From contig MCFH01000006.1 of assembly GCA_002104945.1 (NCBI GenBank), forward strand, positions 310,001 through 374,000: a stretch of 64,000 bases of DNA. The letters run 5' to 3'. This stretch comes from Piromyces finnis finn (Eukaryota > Fungi > Neocallimastigomycota). Below, one piece after another: positions 14,601 through 27,570 of the stretch; position 1 is the stretch's first letter, and every line of letters starts with the position of its first letter. Below the pieces are notes generated by a model that ran no database searches, was not told the DNA's origin, and was given only the letters and a program-made list of their open reading frames with translations. The position numbers and the translations under genes are program-made.

Positions 14601-14668
14601 AAGAAGAAAATGGAATGGATATGCACGATGCAGCTGAAATTTTATTACAAATGCATTTATGTGTTTAA
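11636..14668 (+). CDS. Intronless 1010-aa Ser/Thr-rich, largely disordered protein; probable nuclear regulator
   Basis: 3-kb open frame with raised GC in AT-rich flanks; aaaataATG start context; NLS-like RKRK; C-terminal DAAEILLQM helix; no recognisable folded domain. Confidence 0.9.
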   Translation: MSKLGNITTKAKSSINTSKKQKLNTMTRSKSLKKSCIYNPYVFPYNQNFLYYSPFLFQNPCMTPIIPPSKPKKSKSKSKATHSSVLSSKNTSNKKGSISSNSTKTTSTASTTTTTSSTPSTITSTTNVIATKTTTSTTTTLPSTTSPVKSSSPINNYSSKSHSLSATTTSIPSISTSSTNSYGLDQQQQLGCRIKGHTEKGEGIILNKLTSSPKPSSIYEKEPSTFTPATSSPSGTYTNNSSSSSYSSKTNSKDNYINNDSHYPSSHTKSNSTFSYPMTNTSESSYPTSSFSDKSASYPLNHGNPTIKPSSVTQTISYSHKETTDHFDVPSSITSSEYNMVNDTTSGNPKHLPTPPTTPLTKWSPNSKNDHSSYSFNPSCSKNMASTSYDSTEKKTGLLDYSHSHQNSSTTSFSDTSYSHSQQTSSNTIPDTSYSHSHQTSSNTIPDTSYSHSHQTSSNTIPDTSYSHSHQTSSNTIPNAKSYVNKYISTSFDMNSLDTNTKIKKENSNYNFSYDSRKRKYEDSSSMMPRTIENSIMEKSPKIDFISSNCRHLSDNNKIESESSSSSYPFFNDSYNTSPQHMDSLTKDEKNPNFKSYSNNSTFTNSLNTSNTMVDTSSPQKTVSSSYESQNLMSSKTKVKTTKYKRPKTYTTNIQLLSEGANMEWLKEQEKKLYAKHASRMNANLMNSLSKTGSSSNTKSTFVVKTSSPPPSYNTSVKSSSPSLNNNTTNMKVSSPTSSYDSTTKVKSPSPSYDTTSMKLSSSPALSYDDKTIGKTTKPTILSSYSTFKTPSTFEPSYSLNNSLIKKEYPSNYSSSMSSQNTSQVFPSPTSTASTFVHSSYQTKPSSIPPVSMTTSMPTSTTTSTTNYSSSYYSSSMNDGSVHHYNHSNSIPSERSIHSTYQNNNNNMITSDVISPNMNSQSTSSYHSMAMPAVVSTPSSYTPSQMSCTTQNQNTYHNRSMTRETSSYHHYSSAPSQTPIPMVFGEPRKEENGMDMHDAAEILLQMHLCV
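12876..13069 (+). repeat. Coding 48-bp tandem repeat x4 (DTSYSHSHQTSSNTIP)
   Basis: cagatactagttatt recurs at 12876, 12924, 12972 and 13020. Confidence 0.95.
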
Positions 14669-15199
14669 ATAACAGAATTTGGATATGCTTTTTATTTATT
14701 TATTCCTTTTTTTTTTTTTCTATAATGTTATAATTTTTTTTTTTTTTTTTTTTTACATTTATATATTTATTTTGAAATAAAATAAATAATAGAAAAACTA
14801 GAAAATCGTCATTTTATGATTTATTTTAATATCTATTCAACAATTTTTAATAATTTTATTGAAAAACAAAACAAAAAATTATCTGTATATATTTTCATTT
14901 CTTTTTTTAATTCTATAATTAAACTTTTTTTATAATTTTTTTTTTTTTTTTTTTTCAAAATTCTAAATTATTATTATTAGTTATATTATAATAATATTTA
15001 TATTTAATTAATAACAACAAAAAACGTATTAAAAAAAAAAAAAAAAAAAAAAACAAATCATGATTTCTATAAAAGAAATAGATAAAAATGAAAAATAAAA
15101 AAATATAAAAGATATATATTTAAAAAAAAAAAAATTGAAAAAAAAAGTGTTATTGTGTGTATTTAAATGGGGTAAAGTTTTTCTCAAAGATTTTTTAGT

Positions 15200-17115
15200 C
15201 TCTCGTTTTGAGCAATTCTTTTAAAAATTTTTTAAAATATTCTTGTGTTTATCCTAAATTTTTGGAGGATTTAGCCAAAAACTCTAACCAGGATAAAATT
15301 TAATTCTATCAGTGTTTTTACCTGATGTTACTTCTTTTTTTTTATTTCATTTAATTTATTAGGTAGGGACCAATCCCACACAGTACAAATTGCAGAGTTC
15401 ATTGAACTTTTATGCAACTTAAATAATTATTTTATATTATTTTATATTTATTTTTATTTATTATTTATATATATTATCACCTAATATTATGTAATATCAC
15501 AAATTAAATAAATAAATAAAAGATGTGTATTCTCTTCCTAGTCTAAAAAAAAAAAAAAAAAAAAAATCAGTGTTTTTACCAGAGAATTTTAAAAAGTTGG
15601 CAGGAAAATCAGGAATAAACTATTTAAATTCCTTCTTGGGGGGGGAAAGAAGTTTTAACTACATCAATTCCAATTCAAGGGAATGGAAAGAACTTTGTAA
15701 GTGTTAGATTCAATCAGGACCTTATGAAGGAACATCATTTTTTAATGGTAACAGCAGAACTTCTAATGAATTAATATATATCCTAGATTTTTGACGGATT
15801 TAGCCAAGATAACTAAAATCCTACTTTTTTGACCAGCAATGGTCAATGTTCAAAAGGTTTGAAGCAACAAACAAGAGCGTCAATGCTGAGGAATTAGTAA
15901 GACAGGTCAGGAGGGCCAGTACAACCAATGGAGGGATCCTAATTTTGTGTTCCATTGGAAGTCAAATATAATTACTATATATTTTAGTAGAATAGTGACT
16001 TTTTTTTTTTTTTTTACTTTACTAGCATACATTATTACTCAATTTTTAAAGTCATTTATATTTATTTAAACCTATTTTTTTTTTTTTAAACATGTAGTAT
16101 AATTTTAATTAATAAAGTTTAAAAAAAAAAAAAAAAAAATATTTGATGTCGCCGTTAAAAAAAAAAATTAAAAAAAATAAAAAGATTCCAGTTTCACCTA
16201 ATTATTATTCTGGTTGTAAAATGGGGTATTAATTAAAATAGTCAACATTTGAATTTAATAATAGAAACCATGAATAAATTGTCTTGTCCAATGATTCAAT
16301 TGCCTTGGAAGAAAAAAAAAAAAAAAAGATGAATCTACCTGAAAATAATAAAAATAATAATAATTACAATAGTAATACTAGTAACAACTAGGGATAATGG
16401 TAATGACAGTTATGTTTTTGAAATAATAGTATTAAAAGTAAAAGATAATAATTCTAAAAAGTATTGAATAATACTTTTAGATATATATCTAAATAATAAT
16501 TTAGTTATATGGTTAATTTTTTAATAGTGGGAACGTTGATGATCTTAAAATACCACTAACCTTTATATTTTTTTTTAATTACTTATTCAATAATATATGG
16601 AATTGGATTTCACAGGTCCAATTTCTAACATCCGGATTGTATACTATTCAGCATTCTCATCCTCCCGCAGATATTGGAATAGATATCAACCCTCTCAGGT
16701 GACTAACATATGGGATTAGTATATGAAATTACAAATTATCCTATTGTGGGTGAAACATAAAATACTTCCTTGTGTATATGCCCTAATCCATGGGTAAAAC
16801 CAATAATGGATAAAATCCTTATGGATAGGCAAGGGTATATACGCGAATTAGAAGTCTTATGTATGTTAAAGAAACGCTTTAACAACTAGTGTAGAAACTG
16901 GAACGACGGTTTAGTTTTAATAATTCAGTAATGACTATTAATTATGTATAATTGTTATTAATTTGTAACAAAAAAATATATATATATTTTTAATATATAA
17001 ACTCTTTCTTGGAGGAGGAGGGAATTTTTAATCATGCCAACAATTTGAAGGAATGGAAAGAATGTTATCAGTGGCAGGTAAATTAAAACAGAGTATTTAG
17101 GAAGAATCTCCAATT
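15200..17115 (+). pseudogene. Decayed, internally duplicated coding fragments of unknown (possibly transposon) origin
   Basis: Paralogous translations: YPKFLEDLAK (~15249) vs YPRFLTDLAK (~15778); SVFLPD (~15309) vs SVFLPE (~15568); NSFLGGERSFNYINSNSREWKELC (~15628) vs NSFLEEEGIFNHANNLKEWKECY (~16999). Stops and frameshifts are present and GC is above the flanks. Confidence 0.55.
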
Positions 17116-17995
17116 TTTTTTTTAGAATAAACTATACAAAGTCGACGAAAAAACAAAAGTATTGGAAATGATCAAATTTTTTTTTTTAGAGATTTTTTGA
17201 TATCCCCTCTCTCATTTTATAATGAAAGGGACTTTTGACTTTTCTTAAGTTAAAAAAAAAAAAAAAAAAAAACAATCCTTGTCCTTACTAAATTTTATGA
17301 ACCAATTTTTTTTTCTCGATTTAACAATTTTTTGTTAAGAATCTCTTAAAATCATTGTAATGCAACAATATCCTATGAATAGAATAAAGAACCATCCTTT
17401 TTAATGCTCTTCCTCTGTTCACGAAAGACCAAGATTAGTTAACCATTTGAAATGAAAGTTTTTAAAGATTCATGATCGAAAAGTTTAGTAGGAGAATATT
17501 ATATTATCCTACATGATAATTATTCTTTTATATATATTATTTTATATATTATTTAATAGAAATAAAATCATCCCCTCCCAATAATACCACAAAACCATAC
17601 TATACAATTTGCAATATTCATTTGAGCAATATAATCAATTTTATTTGTAATTATATATCTATTTTATTAATTTTTATATTATTTTTTTCTATTATTTTTT
17701 TTATTAATGATCCCTATGACTTGGTGAATGTAAAAAAAAAAAAAAAAAAAAAAAAAAGAAAAAATTATAAATTAAAATTAAAATAAAACATATAAATGGA
17801 ATATTCTCTTGTCTTTTCAAAATCAAAAAAAAAAAAAAAATTTAAATTGGGTTAAATTAAATCAGGTATAAGGACTTTCTAATTTTTTCATTTTTTTTTT
17901 TTTGATTATCGTTTAGTCAGTAGGCCAAATAATAATATTAATATTCCAAAATAATAAAAAAAAAAGTTTAAGGTAGTAATAACAACAGATTCATA

Positions 17996-18027
<32 letters not shown>

Positions 18028-20727
18028 CAGCCGCATGACAAAAAAATGAGATCATAGCGTCAATTCCTGTATTGATGTTAATTCTAATCTTGTTTTATAT
18101 GACAAAAAAAAAAAATTTTATTTTAATACACTTGAAAAAAGGAAATATCATTTTTATTTATTTAAAGTTTATTATTTTTTTTTATTAATTATTTATTTGT
18201 AATAAATTAAATTTATCCTATATCCTATTAAAATTTCAAAATATTTGTTGAATATTGCTGTTAAAAAAAAAAAAGAGGAGATCTTAGGTCATCAAAAGTA
18301 TCTAATAATGACGAAAAAAAAAAAAAAAAGAATTATTTTGAATATAATTTTCATACACTTTTTTTAGTCTTTTTTCATCCTTTTGAATCATAATAAGTGT
18401 ACTATTATTTAATAATTATAACAAAATAAAAATAAGGATACTAACATTATTAAAAAGACAATAAATGAACATCATTCTTGATAATAGTATTAACTATGGA
18501 AAGAATAAACAATAGGAATTAAAATTTTTTTTTTTAAAAAAAAAGAAAATTAAAAAAAAAAAATTATTATTATATATATAAAGATTTATAACTAATTTTG
18601 GTTTTAATGGTTCATTTTTGTGAATCCATTTTTATTTTAATATTCTGTTCCATCCGTCCATTCCTTATCATTATCAAGCAATTTCAATACTATTTTTAAA
18701 AATATACACTATTTTATTAAATAAATAAAAAAAAAAAACTATAAATTAAACTATTTATAACAAATATTTATTAGAGTTAATTATTTCTTTTTTTTTTTTC
18801 TTCAGTTTCATAAACTCCTATATTTAATAAAAGTTATTCAAACTTTTTTTTTTTTTAGATTTTATTAATTATTGATATATTAAAATATAACAAGCATAAA
18901 TATATTATTATTTTTTAATACTATTATTTTTATGGCAGTTGTTTTCTTTCTGTAGAAAAAAATAGTATTAAAAATTTTAAAAAAAAAAAAAATCATTATT
19001 CTTAACATATAATAAAAAAAAAAAGAATTTTTTATTATTGTACAATTTATGGTTAGATTTCATCTGTTTCATTTCATGTATTATGTATTTTAAAAAACAA
19101 AAAAATATGAGATATATACTTTTTTTTTTTTTTACAAATATTTCAATTTATAATTTTAATAATTAGATCAACTAAAATTAATAATAATAATAATAATAAT
19201 AAATACTAATTTAAAATAGGGATAACAATACTAATGAATAAACTATTGAACTTTTTAAATTTTGTTAAAGTTTTTTTTTTAGTTTTAAAAAAAATATTTA
19301 TAATAATGCTTCTTTTTTTTTAAAAAAAAAGGATAATAAAAAAAAAAAAAACTTAAAGTTTTTATTAATTAAAAAAAAATAACATGTTTTTTTTTATAAA
19401 GTGAATTAAAGTTTCATGAGCTATTATTTACATAAAATAAAAAGTTACATATCAAAAAAAAAAATAAAAGACTATTTATTAACAAAAAAAAAATATATAT
19501 ATATATAATAAAAGACTATTTATTAATGTATTAAATATTAAAAATAAAAAAAGATTAAAGATTTATTTTTGGGATAGGGATTCTTTCAAATCAACTCGTT
19601 TTCCTTTTCCTTCCCCTTCAAATAAAAAAAAAAAAAACATAATCCTTTACAAGTAAAAAGATACTTTTAAAAAAAACGCTTTTTATATATTTCTTTTTGT
19701 TATCACTCTTTACCATTTTAATTCATCTTAAAACCCCTTTTCAATTTCTATATTTGTATAAAGGTATATATATAAAAGATTATAAAGTTTATGATTAAAA
19801 AATTTGTTACTTTTTTTTTTAAATTCATCAAAAAAGTAAAAATTATTTTTTTTTCTTTTTGTCTTTTTTTTTTTAAAATATTAAACTTCATTTTTTTTTT
19901 AAAAAAAAGAAATCAACAAATATATAAAAAATAAGTAATAATAAATGATCTTTTTTAAAAATAAAAACTATACCACTGTAGTTATAAATAGTAATAACCC
20001 CATACCTTTAAAATACGCAAAACTTTTTTTTTTTCAAGTCTTCATAACACCTTTTTTTTTAATTAATTTTTTTTAATTAAATATTCCATTTTTGATAAAT
20101 TTCAAAATTTATTTAAATATTATAAATTCATTCATTTATTTATTTGTAAAAATTTATCAATTTTCTTTATAAATTACAATACATTCTAATATATATTGTA
20201 TATATTGTTTTTTAAATAGTTTTATTGTCACCTTTACATTTTCGTACATTCCATTTACATTAATATCATTACTAATACATTATTAAAAAGTTAAAATAAT
20301 AAAATTCTATAGAATTATATATTAATCATATATTAAAATAAATTAAGAATAGATTCAAATTTTATTGTTTTTTTAAATAAAAGATACATTTCTAAATATT
20401 CCATTCAATTATTAATATATCATAAAATCAAGTGGAAGAATTTTAAATGATCTCTGAGAAAATAAGGATCAAAAAAAAAAAAAAAAATGGAACCTTTGTT
20501 GAGGTGTAGAACAGCAATATTATCAATCTTTTCTGGTTTATATTCTCTTTTATTTTTTTTTCTTTTTAGGAATAATTATTTTATCTTTTCATTTTTTATC
20601 ATAATTCATGGCAACAGACAGCAATAAAAGTAGATTCCTTTATTTATTTATTTGGTATGACAAAAAAGTGTTTTTTTTTCTTTTTTTTAATTTCCCTTTT
20701 TAGTGAAAATTTTTAATTGACATTTTA

Positions 20728-23700
20728 ATTACATTATATTTACAATTTGTATACAATACACACTACATAATGTAATGTAATTGTACATTAATTTTAATTA
20801 ATAAAAAAGAAGCCATTCATTTTTTAATTAAAAAATAAAGTTTATATTAATTTTTTTTTTTTAAAAATTTCCAATAATTAATAGTGAAAAGTGGTTTTTT
20901 TGTTTATTTTTGATAAAAATGAAAATAAATAAAAAACATCATAATTAAGAAGAAGAAAAGAGAAAATGAAAAGTGTTTTTTTTTTTGTTAAAAAAAAAGG
21001 GTTGATTTCAATTCTTTTGGAAAGATTCTCTTTTTTTTTTTTTAAAAAAGAGTTAACCTTTTATGCAGGTGAAGAGGTCCATCATCAACGAAATAAAAAA
21101 TTTAAAGTCTTGCTTATTATTTATTTAATATATTAATTAATTGTTCATTTAATTTAATTAATAAATTTATTTATTTATTTCATTTATTCATTTATAAATG
21201 CAATTAAATTGTAATGTAATTGTAATACATTTATTATTTATTTCTATTGTAATCTATTTATTACAATATATTCATAATATATTAAATCAATATATTAATT
21301 TCCAATTTAATTTTCAAAAAAAATTTTTTTTTATTGAAAAAAAAAAAACTTTTAGGTATAAAAAAAAACAAACTGCAAAATTTATACTAAAATAAATAAA
21401 ACAAATCAAAGTAGTTTTAAAAGGAATAATATTCATCTTTAACCGGTTTTCTTCATTGAGTGCATCCTTCCCTTGCACAAGCACCTTTCTATTTCTTTTT
21501 TTTTTTTTTTTACTATTTACTATTTACTATTTTTAACTCTAATACTTTTAATAATGAAAAAGGTTAATTTCATTGTAAAAAAAAAGACTTTTTACAAATT
21601 AATGTCACATTTTATATATTACATTATATTCTAATATATACATTATTAATACATTAATTTAATTTACAAATTAATTAAATATTAAAAAAACAAAACAAAA
21701 CAAAAAAGTAAAATAAAAAAAAAAGTTTCTTTTATTATTATTGATTCTTATTATGTTTTTCATTATAGCCAACGATGAATAATATCAATATAGTGCTAAA
21801 TGTTGGCTCACACGCACTTTTTTTTTTTTAATAGTTTTCACACTTTCATTTGAACAATTCAACCTTTTTCTTTTTCTCAACATTGTTGCTTATTGCTTGT
21901 TGCTTGTTGCTTGTTGTTGTTGTTGTTGTTATGGAACTTTAAAAAAATTGAACATTCTTTTTATCAAACATATATCTATGGTTAAGCATAAATATTAATA
22001 TGTTTATCATGTGAATATCATAACAAACAATCAAATAGGAAATTTTAGTGGATTGAATCACATGTTCCTATCAGAGTGGATGGATAGCCTAGCCAATAGG
22101 AAATGAAAAGAGTACATTATTTATTCAAAAAGACCATAAGTTCAAAAGAAATCTCAATTCATTCTAGTACTATTCATAATATATTATACCATATATTATT
22201 TTAACTTTCAATATATTTGGCCATTCTTTTTTTTAACCTTTAAACTTTTTTTTTTTTTTAAAAAATAAACCTCAAAAGTTTAGTAATAATCATTAGTAAT
22301 AAAAAAAAACCTAAAAAAAAAAAGGTTAAATCAAACAAAGTAAAATGCATTCAGCACCCACTTTTTTTTTGTTACAAAGAAGAGGTTGAATGAATGGAAA
22401 AGGGAAATTGAAGTTTTTTTTTTATTTTGTGACAGATAAAAAAATTTTTTTTTTACCCAAGATTTCTCCAACATTTTAAATTTTTGGATGGTGGATGTGG
22501 TGGTAGGGAAGTGGGGTATGAAAATAAATAAATAAAGCCCTTTTTTTTTTTTTAATAATTAATTATAAAAAAATTTAATTTAATAAATATATGGTGTAAT
22601 TAATTATTATTATAAAATGATATATTATTATTTTTAATTAAATTGGATTAATCGATTAATTATTTTTTTATCTAGAATGAGTCAAAGGAATAAACATTAA
22701 ATTTATATTGGTTAATTCAATAATATAGGATCACAATCAATTGTAATATAGGCTCAATTTAAATAAAGTTCTAATCTACTATGGATGCATGACTGGTGGT
22801 GGTATGAATGGTTCATTTTGACACATTTTCTCATCATACGATTCAAACACCCTTTTCATGTATACATTAATGTATACAGAATTGGTGGTTATTTTTTTTA
22901 AAAATTTTCTACCTACCACCATTTTTTTTTCTTTACTAAAGGATTTAATGGTCATTCAACCATTTGGATGAATTTGCATCTGTCGAAAGCTAAAATAAGT
23001 TTATTTTTTATCCATTTAATACTCTGTATCAAATATCCCTCATTTAAAAAATCTTTTTCCTTCTTTCTGGACAAATTTCTAACTTTTTTTAAAAAATTGC
23101 ATAACACAACAAAAGACAACAGAGTTTTGTTACATCAATAAAGGAGAATGAAAAAAAGATATTTTTGAATTATTATTCTTTAGTTACATAATTGTATACA
23201 TTATTTATTATTTTATGTATTGGTATATTTTAAAACGTAGATTTTTTATTTCTGGAACAATTTAATATAAATTTTTATATTAAAGTTGATCATGACCATC
23301 TATTATTACATTATTTATTAATTGTATACAGTGTATACGATTGGTAGCCTATTCAATCATCAAGTGTAAAAATGTCAAGTCATTTTATTTGTATTCTACA
23401 TTACATTACATTATATTGCATTACATTTAATAAATTAGGTCATGTTATTTAGATCAAAATGATGTGACAATAATTATTTTATGGAAAAATTACATTAATC
23501 AAAGTCTATATTTTATCATTTGACCTATAATCCAATTGTAGAGTAATATTGCATTACAGTGTAATTTATGGTAAAATATATCAAAGTTTATTTCTATGGT
23601 GTCTACTATAATAATTTAATGAATATATATTTATAAAAATAAATAAATTTATTATACTAAAATCAATGAATAAATAAAAGGAGGAAAACTTGAAAAGTTG

Positions 23701-24054
23701 ATTAGTAAAACTTTGTTAAATTTTTTTTATTTATTATTAATAAACTTTAAACCCGGTTTTTTTTTATGCACTTTTAAACTATTTTTTAAAAGGATGCCTT
23801 ATCACCACCATTATTGAACATAGGAATGGTATCAAAAAAAAAAAAAAAGGCTAATAAAAATTTATGTCTTTGGTGCTATTGACTTTTAAAGGATCAAAAG
23901 TCTTTTTTTAATAAATGAATAAGTAAATAAATTCTAGTAGACTATCTTTTTAAATAAATGGATAAATAAATATAAAGTTAAATAAATTTAAAGGATTATC
24001 ATGTTCATCTTTTCATTATCGTTGAAAAATTAAAGTTTAAATTACATAATGTAA
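20728..24054. promoter_or_regulatory. Homotypic cluster of TGTATACA and TTACAT/ATGTAA motifs, including a perfect 20-bp palindrome
   Basis: TGTATACA at 20748, 22859, 22871, 23193 and 23323 (TGTATACG at 23332); palindrome tgtatacattaatgtataca at 22859-22878; CCAAT box (agccaatagg) near 22091. Regulatory role is inferred. Confidence 0.4.
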
Positions 24055-25242
24055 TATATTGTAATAAATAATGTACAATTAAAATTCATTTAAAAAAGTG
24101 TCAAAGTTGAATATATTAATAATATATATAAATAATAAAAAACAATTGAATCAATTTATATTTACTTTTTTATAAGCAACACTTTTGTTGTGAATAGAAA
24201 CAATTCATTATGTTAAATTAATAATATATTATTTAATACAAATAATTGTATTGACTACATATATATACAATACTATTGCAATAGCTTTTTTTTTGTATAA
24301 AAGTTTTATATTAATTAATAAACATTACTATATATTATTAAATATATTATGAATATAATCATAAATTATAGGTTCAATATATTTTTTATATTAAAACAAA
24401 TATTAGGAATATATTAAAATGAGCTAAATAACTTTTTTTTTTGATAAAAAATTTATTCAAAAGAAAAAAAAACAATTATTTATTTTAATTTAATACCTGA
24501 TTAATTTATATACGTGATCAATATATTAAAAATAGATTCTATTATATCAGTTAATATATGATCTATTTTAATTTTCATATCATTTTTAATAGTCATAGGT
24601 TAGAATTTAATAAAAATTTTGATTTTTTTTATTTCAAAAAAATTCATTATCACAACATGACTATATTAAAATAATATATATAAAGTAATAATGATTTTGA
24701 ATTATTCAATATAAATATTTAAATTGAAACATATATTAATAATGTAAACAACTAATATTAATATACTATAATATATAAAATTAAATAGCTCCATATATTA
24801 TGATTATATTGAAATTCTATTGACTTTTTTTAATGCAATGAAATTTTTTTTATATATAAGGAAGAAAAAAAATCTTAATTTTCCCAAACAGAAAAATTTA
24901 TTTTATTTTAGTTTATTGTTTTATTAAGGATATTTATTTTATGTTTTATTAACATAAATTTATTAAAAATTTACATAAAAACATTTGAAAAACATTTAAT
25001 TTTTTAAATTTTGAACGTTTCATTTTATTGGTAAGAATTAATGAAATTTGAAAATTTTAAAATTTTTAAAAATATATAATATTTTGAAAGGAATAAAAAT
25101 ATATAAAAAGTATACTAATGATAATTTTTAAATTTTAAAAAAAATAGAGAACGAATTTCCAAAAAAATATTAAAAATTATTTTTAAGAAGCATTACAATC
25201 TTAAGTTCTATCTAATTGAATAAAAAAAATATATATATCAAA

Positions 25243-25422
25243 ATGCCACAATTATTACCTGCTTGTCTTGGTCCAGTTTCTTCTTATGAAAGTAGAAAAT
25301 ACAGTATTCCATCAGTGACTAGAGTTATTAATAATTCTCCAGAATGCTTCTCTACTATGGATTATAAAGATTATCTTTCGAAAGATAAATATTGTACTGT
25401 GCCAGTATCACCAGCCCATTAA
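25243..25422 (+). CDS. Small ORF, 59 aa (MPQLLPACLGPVSSYESRKYSIPSVTRVINNSPECFSTMDYKDYLSKDKYCTVPVSPAH)
   Basis: Isolated GC-enriched block whose limits match the ORF; tcaaaATG start context; ordinary amino-acid mix unlike the chance AT-rich ORFs nearby. The ORF track starts it at a non-ATG codon (25216). Confidence 0.65.
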   Translation: MPQLLPACLGPVSSYESRKYSIPSVTRVINNSPECFSTMDYKDYLSKDKYCTVPVSPAH

Positions 25423-26797
25423 ATTTTTAGATACCATTTATACCTATTTATAAACTATATATATACAAGAAAATAATTGACAGTGAAATATATTGATTTT
25501 ATATTTTTTATTTTTTTTATGTAAAAAAAAAATAAAATTATAAAATAATATACTTTTTATATTATACGTTTTCAAAGAAAAAAAAAGTCTTAACTTTTTT
25601 TTTAATTGAAAATGTAAAAAGTGGAAGGGAGTGAAAAAGAGAGAAGAAAAGTTTGAGATTACGAGCTTTGTATAGAAAGATGCAATTTAAAGAGATAAAT
25701 TGAGAAAAGGAATTAATAATATATAAAAGTATTTTTATAGATTGTTAATTTTTTTAGATTCTCTGGATAAAAAGGAAAAAGAAAAAAAAAATCAAGAATA
25801 TTTTTTTTTATTTAATTTACTGCTATATTTAATTTTCCTTTTGACATTTTATTTATTTAAAAAGAAATCATAATTTAATAGAAAGTTTTAGTTTAGTATT
25901 TTATTATAAAGATTTTTATTTTTAAAATAAAAAAATTCAGAAAAAAGAAAGAGAATATTAAAAGTAATTTTTAGAAAATATTTTATTTTATTATTAAAAT
26001 ATAATTAAAAATAGAAAAGTTTTTTTATTTTTTTTTTAAAAAAAAAACAAAACGTTTAAACGACAAAAAGTATAATAAATTGATAAAAAAAAAAAAAGTA
26101 AATTAAAAGCATTATTTTTGGTATAGAAAAAAAAAAGAGTACGTAAAAGTGTGATGAAAGAAATAAAAAAAAGTTCCAAATATTGAATGAAAATCTTAGG
26201 GAAAAAAAAAAAAGATAGGCAACCATTAGAACTAGAAAAAGAAAAAAAAGATAGGAATGTGGGCTAAAAGAAATAAAAATGTTTTTAATGAATTTATTTA
26301 AAATTTACAACAACAATCCTTTTTAAATTTGACCGAAAGGTAAGTTAAAAAAAATTTTTTTTTTTTTCTTTTAAATAATAGAAAAAGTATGATCCATAAT
26401 TTCTATTTAATTTGGGTGTCCAATGTCCATTAAAAAATTATGCAACTTTTGGTAAGTAAAAATTGTCCCATCTACATTGAAAATTTTAAAATTTTTTTAA
26501 AAAAAGAAAAAAAAAAATAAATATGAATGTATGTAAATAATAATAAAAAAAAAAAGATGAAAAATAAAAAATAACAAAAAATTATAAATTTGTGTGTGTG
26601 CGTTTAAAAAAAAAAAAATAATTAAAAAATTCAATTTTTTTAAGTTTCAAATTAAAATTTAAAATTAAGGGTATTTTAAAATAAAAAAAAAAATTCATTT
26701 TAAAATTTTCTTTATTTTAATGAATTGGTAAAGTTGCCTATTAAATGTGTCATTTTGGGAATAATAAAAAATAAAAGAAAAATATTTGTTTGTTATT

Positions 26798-26908
26798 ATT
26801 TTAATAAAATAAGTATTATTTATTATTTTTAAAATTTGTAAATTTATTGATTACATTTTCTTTTTTATTCATGATTTTATTATTAATAAAAAAAAAAAAG
26901 TATTATTA
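26798..26908. repeat. Left copy of ~110-bp direct repeat flanking the LINE fragment
   Basis: attttaataaaataagtattatttattatttttaaaatttgtaaatttattgattacatttt...ttattcatgattttatt...aaaagtattatta, repeated at 27571-27703. Confidence 0.85.
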
Positions 26909-27570
26909 GTTGTTGTTACGGAAGAATAACTAGAGGTGTGGCGACCATTTCGAAAATCTTGCATCTGATACAAGTGGTGTAAGTCTTGATTTGGAGCATT
27001 GGTATGAAGAACCAATGAATAAACGCTTTTTTCACTCCCTATACTTGATGAATGGGATATTAACCAAGATATTAGCATTGATGAAGTCAAATCAGCTATC
27101 CTCTCTACTCCAAACTATAAGGCATCAGGTCCGAATGGTATTCCTATTGATTTCTACAAAGCATTAATTCCTTCAAGTAATGATTCTAATAATGTTACTG
27201 ATAATAATTCTGATAATGTCATTTCAGATAATAATGCCCATGGTTTATATTTTATTCAACTGCAACTGGGATTGGTGACTTCCCCAGCTCATGGAATGAA
27301 TCCAGTATTGTTTCTATTCCTAAGAAGGGTAATTTGACGGATTGTGATAACTACTGAGGTATATCACTTATCATTAATGGTATTAAGTTGATCCCGAAAA
27401 TTGCCACCACTAGAATTTCAGAATAAGAATAATTTCATTAAACTAGAACAATTTGGTTTTCGTAAAAAGAAAGAAAGTATCAGTCTTTTCATTTCAATCC
27501 AAGAAATATGTCGTAGACGTCAATTAGATGATAAAGTTTAAAAATAGTTGATGCCGTTAAAAAAAATACC
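26909..27570 (+). mobile_element. Decayed non-LTR retrotransposon (RTE-like LINE) reverse-transcriptase fragment
   Basis: Translation across frameshifts gives ISIDEVKSAILSTPNYKASGPNGIPIDFYK...GDFPSSWNESSIVSIPKKGNLTDCDNY*GISL...EQFGFRKK...EICRRR, the N-terminal part of a LINE RT. In-frame TGA replaces the Arg of NYRGISL. Confidence 0.92.

Noticed and set aside
22486-22517. G-rich tract (possible G-quadruplex)
   Set aside because: Mostly GG runs, so at best a weak two-tier structure with no other support.
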